The notes under the pieces were generated by a model, which was not told the DNA's origin, searched no databases, and saw nothing but the letters and a program-made list of their open reading frames with translations. The position numbers and the translations under genes were made by a program. Below are positions 1-10,040 of a stretch of 64,000 bases of DNA, piece after piece. How positions within the stretch are numbered: position 1 is the first letter of the stretch; every line of letters starts with the position of its first letter. The stretch spans positions 40,930 through 104,929 of the forward strand of contig CAVUAK010000003.1 of the NCBI GenBank assembly GCA_963739455.1, read 5' to 3'. The stretch is from an uncultured Gemmatimonadales bacterium (GTDB lineage Bacteria > Gemmatimonadota > Gemmatimonadetes > Gemmatimonadales > GWC2-71-9).

Positions 1-124
1 TTGCGCGCGCCGTCGCATAGTCGCCGCTCTGTGTCTGGACCTCGGGCGGCACCCGTGGGTCCTCCTTGGGTGCGGCCTGCGCCGCAAGGATGCCACTGCC
101 GGCGAGTGTCATGCAGAGGCTCAT
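1..124 (-). CDS. partial CDS (5' end only), predicted secreted protein downstream of the ECF sigma/anti-sigma pair
   Basis: Reverse-strand ATG at 124-122 followed by a signal-peptide-like segment MSLCMTLAGSGILAAQA. Runs off the window start and lies on the same strand as the sigma/anti-sigma genes. Confidence 0.3.
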   Translation of the reverse strand, partial: MSLCMTLAGSGILAAQAAPKEDPRVPPEVQTQSGDYATARA

Positions 125-211
125 GCAACTGAGGGAAAGTCGGGAAACCACCTGGCGCTCCGTCGTGAAGGTGAACATTCACGACCATGATGCCCCGACC
201 CGCTGCGTCGT

Positions 212-790
212 TTACCGCGCGCAGTGCATCGGCGGCGGCCCCAGCTTCCCGTCAATCAGCGCGATGGCGATCTCCGCCTGCGCCACTTCATCCCGCGCGC
301 CACGCAGCGTCACCGAAGGCACACCCGGGCTTCCCGCCCTGGCCTCGCTGCCGCGCGACCGGAGATGCGGTGTCGCCACCTCCGCCGCCGCTTCCGGGGA
401 CACACACTGCAGCAACACCGTCGTTGTGTAGGGCGCGTCCGGAAACCCGAGTGCAGCCCTGATGGGCGCGGTCCGCTCCGACGTCGCCACCACCCAGGCG
501 GCGATGGCGACGGCGCACACAGCAACCCAGCGGCCGCGCCATTGCCGCGATCGTCGTTCGCGCCACGCTGTCGCCCGGGCCATCGTCGTCTCCGCCAGTG
601 CCATCGGTTCGGAGAGCGGTGACCACCCATCGAACAGCTCCGCCGTCGCGGTCGTCGCCGTCCTCACCGCTGCGACGTCTTCGGCGCAACGGGGGCAGCC
701 CTTCACGTGGTCCGCGATCGTCGCGTCGGATTCAAGCGCGCCGGGTTCGCGCATCAGCACCGCGGCGCGCACCTCCTGGCAGGAGCTCAT
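212..790 (-). CDS. anti-sigma factor (zf-HC2-like, single transmembrane span)
   Basis: 192-aa ORF with N-terminal H..C..C motif (DHVKGCPRCAEDV) and central hydrophobic span (WVAVCAVAIAAWVVA). Its start overlaps the stop of the upstream ECF sigma gene by 4 nt (ATGA at 787-790). Confidence 0.7.
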   Translation of the reverse strand: MSSCQEVRAAVLMREPGALESDATIADHVKGCPRCAEDVAAVRTATTATAELFDGWSPLSEPMALAETTMARATAWRERRSRQWRGRWVAVCAVAIAAWVVATSERTAPIRAALGFPDAPYTTTVLLQCVSPEAAAEVATPHLRSRGSEARAGSPGVPSVTLRGARDEVAQAEIAIALIDGKLGPPPMHCAR

Positions 791-1368
791 CTGCCCTCCA
801 CAGCAGGCAGCGGCGGGAGCAGCGCGGCGCGCACCGCAGCCCGTGCCTTGAACAGGTTACCCCTGATGGTCGATGGATTGGCGCCGGTGAGCTCGGCCAC
901 CTCGGCCGGTGTGTACCCCTGCAGGTCCACCAGGTCGAACATCTCCCGCTGTCGTGGTGGAAGGATGTCGAGACTTGCGAGCACCAGCTCCACCAGTCGC
1001 TCGCGATCGACCCGCGCGCCCGGGTCGGTGAGGTAGGCCAGCAGCTCGCGTCGCGATTCATGCAGCGCCGCGAGCCGCGCACGCCGCCGCCCGGTGCGCT
1101 GTCGCTGGTTGGCCACTCGGCGCGTGATCTGGTACAGCCATCCGTCGAACGACGATGCCCCGCCGTACTGGTGCAGCCGCTGGTACATCAGCACGAAGCT
1201 GTCCTGCGCCACGTCGTCCGCTTCGTCCGGGTCCGCGGTAAAGCCGAGGGCCCACCGGTACACCCGCGCCTGGAGCACGGCAATGAGGGCGGCGAGCGAC
1301 TCGCTGTCGCCCCCAGTGGCCGCCTCGATCATGGGGGCCAGGTCGCGGGGAGGGGTGGTGACGTTCAT
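787..1368 (-). CDS. ECF (sigma-70 family) RNA polymerase sigma factor
   Basis: 193-aa ORF. Region 2 is DDVAQDSFVLMYQRL...FDGWLYQITRRV; region 4 is LPPRQREMFDLVDLQGYTPAEVAELTGANPSTIRGNLFKAR. Confidence 0.9.
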   Translation of the reverse strand: MNVTTPPRDLAPMIEAATGGDSESLAALIAVLQARVYRWALGFTADPDEADDVAQDSFVLMYQRLHQYGGASSFDGWLYQITRRVANQRQRTGRRRARLAALHESRRELLAYLTDPGARVDRERLVELVLASLDILPPRQREMFDLVDLQGYTPAEVAELTGANPSTIRGNLFKARAAVRAALLPPLPAVEGR

Positions 1369-1411
1369 TGCCCTCAGGATGTCACCAGGAATGCACCCGT
1401 TTACCGCCCCG

Positions 1412-1783
1412 CTAGTACGACACCATGGTCGTGAAGCCGCCGTATGCCATCCGCTTCGGGTCGAACGGCATGTCGGCGGGATCCATCATCTCCGCCAGCC
1501 GCGGGTCTTCCATGACCTTCTTCATGATCCGGTTGCGCTGGCTCTTCGACTTGTACGTGATCCAGGAGAACACCACCACCTCGTTCGGCTTCTGCTTGAT
1601 CAGCTTGGGGAAGGGAATCCCGAAGTTCACCTTGAGGTTCTCGCCCACGCACTCCCGGTACTGGAGCGCGCCGTACTCCAGCCAGATCTTCCCCGCCTTC
1701 TGCGCCAGCTTCTTGTAGTCCTTGAGCTTGCGCCGCGGCACCGCCATCACGAAACCATCGACGTATTGCACGAGTTCCTCCAC
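1412..1783 (-). CDS. DUF1428-family protein
   Basis: 123-aa ORF. YVDGFVMAVPRRKLKDYKKLAQKAGKIWLEYGAL...VVFSWITYKSKSQRNRIMKKVMEDPR...MPFDPKRMAYGGF matches my memory of DUF1428. Needs an HMM check. Confidence 0.75.
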   Translation of the reverse strand: MEELVQYVDGFVMAVPRRKLKDYKKLAQKAGKIWLEYGALQYRECVGENLKVNFGIPFPKLIKQKPNEVVVFSWITYKSKSQRNRIMKKVMEDPRLAEMMDPADMPFDPKRMAYGGFTTMVSY

Positions 1784-1892
1784 ACGTTGGGTGTATCACA
1801 AATACAGCCCGTCACCGCCCCAGGTTGCAAGCCACGACCTAACAACGGGGCCTTCCGGGCGTCTTCCTGGCAACTCACTTGGAGACAACCAG

Positions 1893-2582
1893 ATGCGCGC
1901 CCCGACTGCCCTGATCATGGCCCTGCTGGCCAGTGCCACCAGCCTGCCCGCCCAGCAGCACATGCACGAAGCCGGGCCTGCAGCGGACGGGCACGACGCC
2001 TCGCCCCACATGCGCGTCTCGCCCGCGCGCACTCCCACCGCCGCCGATTCTGCCCGCGGCGACAGTCTCGTGCGCGTCGCGCGCCAGGCGGTGAGCCGCT
2101 ACCAGTCGGTCGAGGCAGCGGAGCACGACGGCTACAAGGTGCGAATGGAGAAGATGAAGCAGGGGAAGGTGCTCCACTACACCAGCATCGCCAATGGGCT
2201 CAAGGCACGCACCGAGTGGAACCCGGCGCTCCCCACCTCGCTGCTGTACCAGCGCACCGCAGGCGGACAGCTTCAGCTCATCGGCGTCATGTACACCGTC
2301 CCCGCCAGCGCCACGCTCGATGAACTCGACGCCCGCGTTCCGCTCGGCCTGGTGCAGTGGCACCTGCACACCAACATCTGCATGCCGAAGGGCGCTGACG
2401 CGCGCCAGTCCGCCGATTTCGTCGGTCGCAATGCGAAGTTCGGCCCCCGCGGCAGCATCACCACGGAAGAGGCGTGCGCCCAGGCCGGCGGTCGCTTCAG
2501 GGCCCAGTCATTTGGCTGGATGGTTCATGTCAACGTCATGACCAATGACCCCTGGGCTCCGGGCCAGAAGCACATGCACTAG
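1893..2582 (+). CDS. hypothetical secreted protein
   Basis: In-frame ATG at 1893 inside ORF 1722-2582 gives MRAPTALIMALLASATSLPAQQ (signal peptide). High GC3. No family recognised. Confidence 0.6.
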   Translation: MRAPTALIMALLASATSLPAQQHMHEAGPAADGHDASPHMRVSPARTPTAADSARGDSLVRVARQAVSRYQSVEAAEHDGYKVRMEKMKQGKVLHYTSIANGLKARTEWNPALPTSLLYQRTAGGQLQLIGVMYTVPASATLDELDARVPLGLVQWHLHTNICMPKGADARQSADFVGRNAKFGPRGSITTEEACAQAGGRFRAQSFGWMVHVNVMTNDPWAPGQKHMH

Positions 2583-2593
2583 GAAGCAAAGCG

Positions 2594-2635
2594 TCCTGAC
2601 GCCTGACGCCTGACGCCTGACGCCTAACGCCTCTT
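2594..2635. repeat. tandem heptamer array (GCCTGAC x ~6)
   Basis: tcctgac gcctgac gcctgac gcctgac gcctaac gcctctt, read directly from the sequence. Lies 12 nt after the stop at 2582. Confidence 0.9.
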
Positions 2636-2689
2636 ACCAATCGCCTTTCCGGCCCGTACGTTGACCCTTCCCCCAGTAGAGGATCGGTC

Positions 2690-3010
2690 ATGCCGATGTA
2701 CTTGTGGCGGGCGTCATACGCCGCCGATGGTGCCAAGGGCCTGCTCATGGATGGCGGCACCAAGCGCCGCGATGCAGTCAAGGCGATGCTCGAGAAGGCG
2801 GGCGGGAAGCTCCACTCCTTTCATTTCGCGCTCGGAACCGATGACGTCATCGGCATCGCCGAGTTCCCCGACACCGCCACGGCGGCAGCGACCAGCCTTG
2901 TCGTGAACGCGAGCGGCGCCGTCCACCTCCATTCCACCCTGCTCATCTCACCCGAGGAACTCGACGCTGCCACCAAGAAGGCCATCGCCTACACGCCCCC
3001 CGGCGCATAG
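2690..3010 (+). CDS. GYD domain-containing protein
   Basis: 106-aa ORF: MPMYLWRASYAADGAKGLLMDGGTKRRDAVKAMLEKAGGKLHSFHFALGTDDVIGIAEFPD...VNASGAV, the typical GYD family pattern. Confidence 0.8.
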   Translation: MPMYLWRASYAADGAKGLLMDGGTKRRDAVKAMLEKAGGKLHSFHFALGTDDVIGIAEFPDTATAAATSLVVNASGAVHLHSTLLISPEELDAATKKAIAYTPPGA

Positions 3011-3019
3011 GTCATCCTG

Positions 3020-3400
3020 GTGACTCGCACCGAGAAGGTCATTGCCTTTTCCGCCGGGGTGGAGGCCGTCACCGGTCTGGCACTCATCGCGGTGCCCCTG
3101 TTCGTCGCCCGCGCCTTGCTCGGTGCCGACCTCCCGCCCGCCGGGCCCGTCGTGGCCCGCTGCTTCGGCGTGGCGCTCATCGCGCTCGCCTTGGCGGTCT
3201 GGCCCGACCGCGATCGCGTCACCGGCGCGCCCGCCCTCCGTGCCATGCTGCTCTACAATGCGGGGCTCGCGGGGTATCTCACCTGGCTCGGCGTTCGATG
3301 GCACCTGGGTGGGATACTCCTCTGGCCGGCGGCGGTACTACATGCTGCGGTCGCCGTCCTCCTTGCCTTGCCCCTGCTTGGCGTAAAGGACGAGGCCTGA
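3020..3400 (+). CDS. hypothetical integral membrane protein
   Basis: 126-aa ORF with GTG start and four hydrophobic spans. High GC3. No family recognised. Confidence 0.5.
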   Translation: MTRTEKVIAFSAGVEAVTGLALIAVPLFVARALLGADLPPAGPVVARCFGVALIALALAVWPDRDRVTGAPALRAMLLYNAGLAGYLTWLGVRWHLGGILLWPAAVLHAAVAVLLALPLLGVKDEA

Positions 3401-3404
3401 CGGC

Positions 3405-3439
3405 CACCCGCCCTCCCCGCCCTCCCCGCCATCCCCGCC
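3405..3439. repeat. C-rich nonamer array (CCCTCCCCG x3) ending in CCTTG
   Basis: cccg ccctccccg ccctccccg ccatccccg cc ttg. The same element family occurs at 23921-23968, 25640-25677 (inverted), 33498-33527 and 37876-37972. Confidence 0.85.
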
Positions 3440-3508
3440 TTGACTTACTTGAACGACCGTTCAATATTCGCCCCTAAGTCACTTGGGGAATACAGTTACA
3501 CGGTCGTT
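3440..3508 (+). promoter_or_regulatory. candidate sigma-70 promoter with TetR-type operator(s) upstream of the efflux operon
   Basis: TTGACT (3440-3445), 17 nt, AATATT (3463-3468). The near-perfect palindrome TTGAACGACCGTTCAA (3449-3464) lies between them. The core AACGACCGT recurs inverted at 3500-3508. Confidence 0.5.
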
Positions 3509-3519
3509 ACAGCCTGAGC

Positions 3520-4200
3520 ATGGATTCAGCTTCAGCAGCACTGCCTCACCCGATCCTCGAAGAAGCCGCCAGCCAGTCCCGCGGCGACCTCCGCAGGCGC
3601 GAGATCCTCGACGCCGCCTTTTTCGTTTTCGGCAAGCTCGGCTACGAGCGCGCGACCCTCAACGACGTCGCCCGTGCCATCAAGGTCAGCGCCGGAACGA
3701 TCTGCCATCACTTCGGCACCAAGAACGACCTCTTTGAGGCCGTCATCGCCGATCGGTTTCTTCGCTTCCAGGCCGAGGTCGAGTCGCTTCTCGTGGCCCA
3801 CAAGGGCACCTACCTCGAGCTCCTCCACACCATCGTCGGTCGCTTCTGGGATCATCTCTGGGAGCCCGGCCAGCTCGATTTCATGCTCGTGAGCCAGGTC
3901 GAGGCGCCCCAGTTTCCCGACTCCGGTCGCCTCCAGTTCCAGCAGACCTGCTGCCGCTCCCGCAACGTCCTCACGGCCATCCTCGAGGCCGGCATGGAGG
4001 CGGGCGAGTTCCGCGCAATGGACGTGAACTGCGTCACCCGCACCATTGCGCCGGCCATGATCGGCATCGCGGCCAACCAGCACCGCTTTGCCTGCTACGA
4101 TAGCGCGCCCGTCAGTCGCGACCAGCTTCGCCGCACGATCCTCGAGGTCGTGGATCGCGCGGTTCTGCCATTCGCTCCACCTCCCAACCCTTCGAGCTGA
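3520..4200 (+). CDS. TetR/AcrR family transcriptional regulator
   Basis: 226-aa ORF with N-terminal HTH (RREILDAAFFVFGKLGYERATLNDVARAIKVSAGTICHHFGTKNDLF). Directly precedes the RND efflux genes. Confidence 0.9.
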   Translation: MDSASAALPHPILEEAASQSRGDLRRREILDAAFFVFGKLGYERATLNDVARAIKVSAGTICHHFGTKNDLFEAVIADRFLRFQAEVESLLVAHKGTYLELLHTIVGRFWDHLWEPGQLDFMLVSQVEAPQFPDSGRLQFQQTCCRSRNVLTAILEAGMEAGEFRAMDVNCVTRTIAPAMIGIAANQHRFACYDSAPVSRDQLRRTILEVVDRAVLPFAPPPNPSS

Positions 4201-4208
4201 GGTTTTTC

Positions 4209-5378
4209 ATGCAGGGCTTCAATCAACGCGCGGCCAGCGCGGCAGCAGTTGCGTTCCTGCTGGCAGCGTGCAGCCCGCCGGCGCCGTCGGCGCCGCCACC
4301 GCCAGCCGTCACCGCGGCCCCCGCCATCGGGCGCACCGTGAATGAATGGGATGAGTTCACCGGCCGCATCGAGGCGGTGGACTATGTCGAGGTACGGCCC
4401 CGCGTCTCCGGCTTCATCGAGAAGGTGGCGTTCACCGAGGGGAAGGAAGTGCGCCAGGGTGACGTGCTCTTCGTCATCGACCAGCGGACGTACAAGGACG
4501 CCCTCGATCGCGCCCAGGCCGAGCTGACGCGCGCGAAGTCGCAGGCGCAGCTGGCCCACAGCGTGGCCGACCACGCCCAGGCCCTCATTGCCGAGAACGC
4601 CGTGTCCCGCGAGGAGTACGATGCGCGCGTCAGCGGCACCGCGGAGGCCGATGCCGCCATGCAGGGCGCTGAGGCCGCGGTGCGCACCGCGAAGCTCAAC
4701 CTCGACTGGACCCTGGTGCGCGCGCCGATCAGCGGCCGCATCAGCCGCGCCGAGGTCACCGCCGGCAACGTGGTGCAGGGCGGGGCACCCACGCCAACGC
4801 TGCTCACCACCATCGTCTCGCTCGACCCCGTCTACGTCTATTTCGAGGGCGACGAGCAGGCATACCTGCGCTACAACCAGCTGGCCCGTGACGGCACCCG
4901 TGGCAGCTCGCGCAACGTGAAGAACCCGGTGCGCATGGGCCTCGCCAACGAGACCGGCTTCCCGCACACCGGGTACGTCGACTTCGTCGACAACCAGCTC
5001 AACCCGAACACCGGCACCATCCGGGCCCGCGCCGTGTTCAGCAACAAGGATCGCTTCTTCACCCCCGGGCTCTTTGCCCGCATCCAGTTGCTGGGTAGCG
5101 GCAAGTTCGACGCGGTGCTGGTGCAGGATGGCGCCATCGGCACCGACCAGGATCGCAAGTTCGTCTACGTGCTCAAGGCCGACAGCACCGTCGACTACCG
5201 CAGCGTCGAGCTCGGCCGCATCGTCGATGGCCTCCGCGTCATCCGGAAGGGCATCGTTCCCGGCGACGAGGTCGTCATCAACGGCCTGCAGCGCATCAGG
5301 CCCGGGATGAAGGTCAACGCGACCATCACCACCATGGAACCGTCCGACTCCGGGCAGACTGCGCAGCGAGGCTCGTAA
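4209..5378 (+). CDS. RND efflux periplasmic adaptor (membrane fusion) lipoprotein
   Basis: 389-aa ORF with lipobox LLAAC. AcrA/MexA-like blocks: GRIEAVDYVEVRPRVSGFI, LDWTLVRAPISGRISRAEVTAGNVV, FARIQL. Confidence 0.9.
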   Translation: MQGFNQRAASAAAVAFLLAACSPPAPSAPPPPAVTAAPAIGRTVNEWDEFTGRIEAVDYVEVRPRVSGFIEKVAFTEGKEVRQGDVLFVIDQRTYKDALDRAQAELTRAKSQAQLAHSVADHAQALIAENAVSREEYDARVSGTAEADAAMQGAEAAVRTAKLNLDWTLVRAPISGRISRAEVTAGNVVQGGAPTPTLLTTIVSLDPVYVYFEGDEQAYLRYNQLARDGTRGSSRNVKNPVRMGLANETGFPHTGYVDFVDNQLNPNTGTIRARAVFSNKDRFFTPGLFARIQLLGSGKFDAVLVQDGAIGTDQDRKFVYVLKADSTVDYRSVELGRIVDGLRVIRKGIVPGDEVVINGLQRIRPGMKVNATITTMEPSDSGQTAQRGS

Positions 5379-8300
5379 TGAAGTTCTCGAGGTTCTTCAT
5401 CGATCGGCCGATCTTCGCGGCCGTGCTGTCCATCGTGATCCTGCTCGCGGGCATCATCTCGATGCGCTCGCTCCCGATCTCGGAGTATCCCGACGTGGTC
5501 CCGCCGTCGGTGGTCGTGACGGCCATCTATCCCGGCGCCAATCCGAGGGTCATCGCCGAGACCGTGGCCACGCCGCTCGAGGAAGTGGTGAACGGCGTCG
5601 ACAACATGCTGTACATGTCGTCGCAGGCCACCGCCGACGGCCTGCTCAACCTCACCGTCACCTTCAAGATCGGCACCGACGTCGACCTGGCGCAGGTGCA
5701 GGTGCAGAACCGCGTCAGCCAGGCGCTGCCCCGGCTTCCCGAGGAAGTGCGGCAGATCGGCGTCAGCACCGTCAAGAGCTCGCCCAACCTCACGATGGTG
5801 GTGCACATCGTGTCGCCCGACGGGCGCTATGACGAGCTGTACCTGCGCAACTACGCCGTGCTCCAGGTCAAGGATCGCCTGGCCCGCATTCCCGGCGTGG
5901 GACAGATCAACGTCTTCGGCGGCGGCGACTACGCCATGCGCATCTGGCTCGACCCGCAGCAGATCGCGTCCCGCGGCCTCACCGCCGGCGACGTCGTCGC
6001 TGCCATCCGCGAGCAGAACGTCCAGGTCGCGGCCGGTGTCGTGGGCGGGTCGCCCATGCCCGACAAGATCGCCTACCAGCTGAGCGTCAACGCGCGCGGC
6101 CGCCTCACCAACGAGGAGGAGTTCGGCCAGATCGTCCTCAAGACCGGCAAGAATGGCGAGCTCACCCGGCTCAAGGACGTGGCCCGCATCGAGCTCGCGG
6201 CCGGCAGCTACTCGCTCCGGTCGAGCCTCGACAACAAGCCCGCCGTCGGCATCGGCATCTTCCAGGCGCCGGGGTCGAATGCCCTCCAGCTCTCCACCGA
6301 CGTGCGCGCCACCATGGCGGAGATCAAGAAGACGATTCCCGAGGGCGTCGACTTCAGCGTGGTCTACGATCCCGACCAAGTTCGTGCAGCGAGTCGATCA
6401 ACGAGGTCATCAAGACGCTCTTCGAGGCCACGCTGCTCGTCGTCATCGTCGTGGTGCTCTTCCTCCAGACCTGGCGCGCGTCGATCATCCCGCTGGTCGC
6501 GGTGCCGATCTCGATCGTCGGCACCTTCGCCGTGCTGAAGATGTTCGGGTTCTCCATCAATACGCTGTCGCTCTTCGGGCTGGTGCTGGCCATCGGCATC
6601 GTGGTGGACGACGCCATCGTCGTCGTCGAGAACGTGGAGCGGAACATCGAGGATGGCTTGTCGCCGCTCGAGGCGGCGCACACCGCCATGGACGAGGTCA
6701 GCGGGCCGATCATCGCCATCGCGCTGGTGCTCTGCGCGGTGTTCGTTCCCATTGCCTTCATCAGCGGCCTCACCGGCCAGTTCTATCGCCAGTTCGCCCT
6801 GACGATCGCCTTCTCCACGCTCATCTCGGCGTTCAACTCGCTGACGCTGTCACCGGCGCTCGCCGCGATCCTGCTCAAGCCCCACGGCGCGCCACCCGAC
6901 CGGCTCACCGTGATCATCGATCGCTTGTTCGGCTGGATCTTCCGGCCCTTCAACCGGGTCTTCAAGCGCGGCTCCGAGCGGTACCGGAACGTGGTGAAGG
7001 GCGCCATCGCCCGCTCACCGCTGGCGCTCGGCGTCTACGCGCTGCTGCTCGTCGCCACCGTCCTCATGTTCCGGGCGGTGCCTGACGGCTTCGTGCCGAC
7101 CCAGGACAAGCAGTATCTCATCGCCTTCGCCCAGCTCCCCGATGCCGCAACCCTGGATCGCACCGACGCCGTGATCCACGAGATGGCGCGCATCGGCCTG
7201 GAGCAGGAAGGCGTGCAGGCCGCGGTCGCCTTCACCGGCCTCTCCATCAACGGCTTCGTGAACGCGTCGAACGGTGGCATCGTGTTCTTCCCGCTCAAGC
7301 CCTTCGAGGAGCGGAAGCGAAAGGACCTGTCGGGCATGGCGCTGGCCGGCGCCCTCAATGCCAAGTTCAGCGGCATTCAGGGTGCCTTCGTCGCCGTCTT
7401 CCCGCCGCCCCCGGTGGCCGGCATCGGTGCACTCGGCGGGTTCAAGGTGGAAATCGAGGACCGGGCCGGGCTCGGTGAGGAAGAGCTCTACAAGGCCACC
7501 CAGGCCGCCATCGGCAAGGCGTACCAGAACCCGAAGCTGGCCGGGATCTTCAGCGGCTTCCAGATCAACGTGCCGCAGCTCGTCGTCGATGTCGACCGCG
7601 ACAAGGTGAAGCAGCAGGGCATCCGCCTCACCGACGTCTTCCAGACGATGCAGATCTTCCTGGGGTCGCTGTACATCAACGACTTCAACAAGTTCGGCCG
7701 CACCTACCAGGTCATTGCCCAGGCCGACGCGCCGTTCCGCTCCACCGCCGAGGGCATCAAGCTCCTCAAGGTGCGCAACGCCGCAGGGGAGATGGTCCCG
7801 CTCGGCGCGATCGTGCAGGTGAAGGAGACCTACGGGCCTGACCGTGTGCTCCGGTACAACGCCTATCCATCGGCCGACATCAACGGCGGTGCGGCGCCCG
7901 GGGTGAGCTCGGGTGAGGCCCGGGCCATCATGGAGAAGATCCTGCAGGAGACGCTGCCCGAACGGCTTCGGCTACGAGTGGACCGAGCTCACCTACCAGG
8001 AAATCCTGGCCGGCAATACCGCGGTGCTCATCTTCCCGCTCTGTGTGCTGCTGGCCTTCCTCGTGCTCGCAGCGCAGTACGAGAGCTGGAGCATGCCGCT
8101 CGCGGTCATCCTCATCGTGCCGATGTGCATTCTCTGCGCGCTCATCGGCGTGTGGCTCACCAAGGGTGACACCAACGTCTTCACCCAGGTCGGCCTGGTG
8201 GTGCTCGTGGGCCTCGCCTGCAAGAACGCCATCCTCATCGTGGAGTTCGCGCGAGAAGCGCAGATGAAGGGTGCCACCGCCGTCGACGCGGCACTCGAGG

Positions 8301-8566
8301 CCTGCCGCCTCCGGCTCCGCCCGATCCTCATGACCTCGTTCGCCTTCATCATGGGCGTGGTCCCGCTGGTCATCTCGAGGGGTGCCGGCGCGGAGATGCG
8401 TCACGCCATGGGCGTGGCGGTGTTCTCCGGCATGCTTGGCGTCACCTTCTTCGGCCTGATCCTCACCCCGGTGTTCTACGTGACGATCCAGAAGCTTGTG
8501 GAGCGCCGCAGCAAGGCCGCCGATCCGATCATCACGACGGCGCACCAGGGAGATGTGCATGCGTAA
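5378..8566 (+). pseudogene. RND multidrug efflux permease (AcrB/MexB-like), reading frame broken by three single-nucleotide insertions
   Basis: ORF pieces 5378-6538, 6451-8169 and 7913-8566 join into one ~1060-aa protein. The join requires removing extra bases at ~6374 (VVYDP|TKFVQ), ~6390 (KFVQ|ESINEVIKTLFEA) and ~7960-7963 (QETLP|GFGYEWTELTYQE). The net +3 returns to the starting frame. Confidence 0.9.
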
Positions 8567-10040
8567 GTCGATTCTCGCCCTGTTCCTCATGCTCCTGGTG
8601 CAGTCATGCGCCGTCGGTCCGTCCTACGAGCGGCCGCCGGTCGTGGCGCCCGAGACGCCGCTGGTCACCATCCGTACGCCCGACAGTGTGCAGGCGAAGC
8701 TCGATACCGTCGTCCGCGTCCGCGACAGCCTGCTCCCTGGTGCTGCCGACCAGAAGAAGCCGTCACTCGCCATGCGCTCCGGCACCGGCGAGGATGTGGC
8801 CTGGCTCAACCTGCTGCAGGATACCGTGCTGGTGCAGCTGGTCCGGCACGCCGTCGTCCAGAACCGCGACGTCGTGCTGGCCACGGCGCGGGTGCGGGAG
8901 GCGCGCGCCCTCGCCGGTGCCGCGAAGGGGCCGCTCTTTCCGCAGCTCGCCGCCAATGGCGCAGCCAGCACCAACCAGGTCGTCTTCGGCTCGCTCGGCA
9001 CCCAGACCTACGACGCACTTCGCGTAACGGGTGACATGCAGTGGGAAATCGACTTCTGGGGCGGCATTCGCCGGTCCGTCCAGGCGGCGAACTTCGACGC
9101 GGCGGCACAGAAGGAAGGGGAGCGTGCCGTCGTGCTGACGGTCGTGTCCGACGTCGCGGCTGCCTATGTGGACCTCCGCGCCCTCGATGATCAACTCGCG
9201 ATCTCGATGCGCACCCTCGAGAGCCGGCGGGAAACGCTGCGCATCGCGAGGCGCCGGTTCAGCCAGGGCCTGATTTCCGAGCTGGATGTCCGTCAGTTCG
9301 AGGCCGAGGTGGCGGGGCCGGCGGCGGCGGTGGCCGCGTACACCCGCGCCGTGTCACAGAAGGAAAACCAGCTCCGCGTGCTCCTGGGCGAGGGCCCGGG
9401 CGTAATTCCCCGCGGCCTGCCGCTCGTCGAGACGGTGCGTGGGCTCGAGGTGCCCGACTCGCTCCCGTCGTCGCTCGTGTCCCAGCGCCCCGATGTCATG
9501 AAGGCTGATCGGGAGCTCGCGGCGGCCACCGCGCGCATTGGCGTGGCCACGGCGAACCGCCTTCCCCAGTTCCTGGTCACCGGGTCCTACGGTACCCAGG
9601 CCACCAACACCGCCGATCTCTTCCGGAGCACCTCGGAGATCTACCTGCTGCAGGGTGGGATCTCGATTCCGCTCTTCACCGGTGGCCGGCTCGTCAACGA
9701 GCAGCGTGCGGCGCAGGCTCGCGCCGACCAGTCACGCGCGGCCTATGAGCAGACGGTGCTGGTGGCATTGCGTGAGGTAGGCGATGCTTTGGTGGGTGTC
9801 CGCACGTCACGCGACCAGGCGGCGGCGCTCGACCTGCAGGTCGCGGCACTCACGCGGGCGCGTGTGCTGGCCGATATGCGCTACCAGTCGGGACTTTCGA
9901 GCTATCTCGACCTGCTCGATGCCGACCGCACACTGTTCGCGGCCGAGCTGCAGCAGGCCCAGACGCGACAGCTGCAGCTGGTTTCCGTAGTGCAGCTCTA
10001 CAAGGCGCTCGGCGGAAGCTGGACCGATGGCACCAACTAG
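8559..10040 (+). CDS. RND efflux outer-membrane factor lipoprotein (NodT/OprM family)
   Basis: ATG at 8559 overlaps the permease stop. Lipobox LLVQSC. Two TolC-like repeats (YPQLAANGAAS..., NRLPQFLVTGSYG...). Ends LYKALGGSW. Confidence 0.9.
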   Translation: MRKSILALFLMLLVQSCAVGPSYERPPVVAPETPLVTIRTPDSVQAKLDTVVRVRDSLLPGAADQKKPSLAMRSGTGEDVAWLNLLQDTVLVQLVRHAVVQNRDVVLATARVREARALAGAAKGPLFPQLAANGAASTNQVVFGSLGTQTYDALRVTGDMQWEIDFWGGIRRSVQAANFDAAAQKEGERAVVLTVVSDVAAAYVDLRALDDQLAISMRTLESRRETLRIARRRFSQGLISELDVRQFEAEVAGPAAAVAAYTRAVSQKENQLRVLLGEGPGVIPRGLPLVETVRGLEVPDSLPSSLVSQRPDVMKADRELAAATARIGVATANRLPQFLVTGSYGTQATNTADLFRSTSEIYLLQGGISIPLFTGGRLVNEQRAAQARADQSRAAYEQTVLVALREVGDALVGVRTSRDQAAALDLQVAALTRARVLADMRYQSGLSSYLDLLDADRTLFAAELQQAQTRQLQLVSVVQLYKALGGSWTDGTN

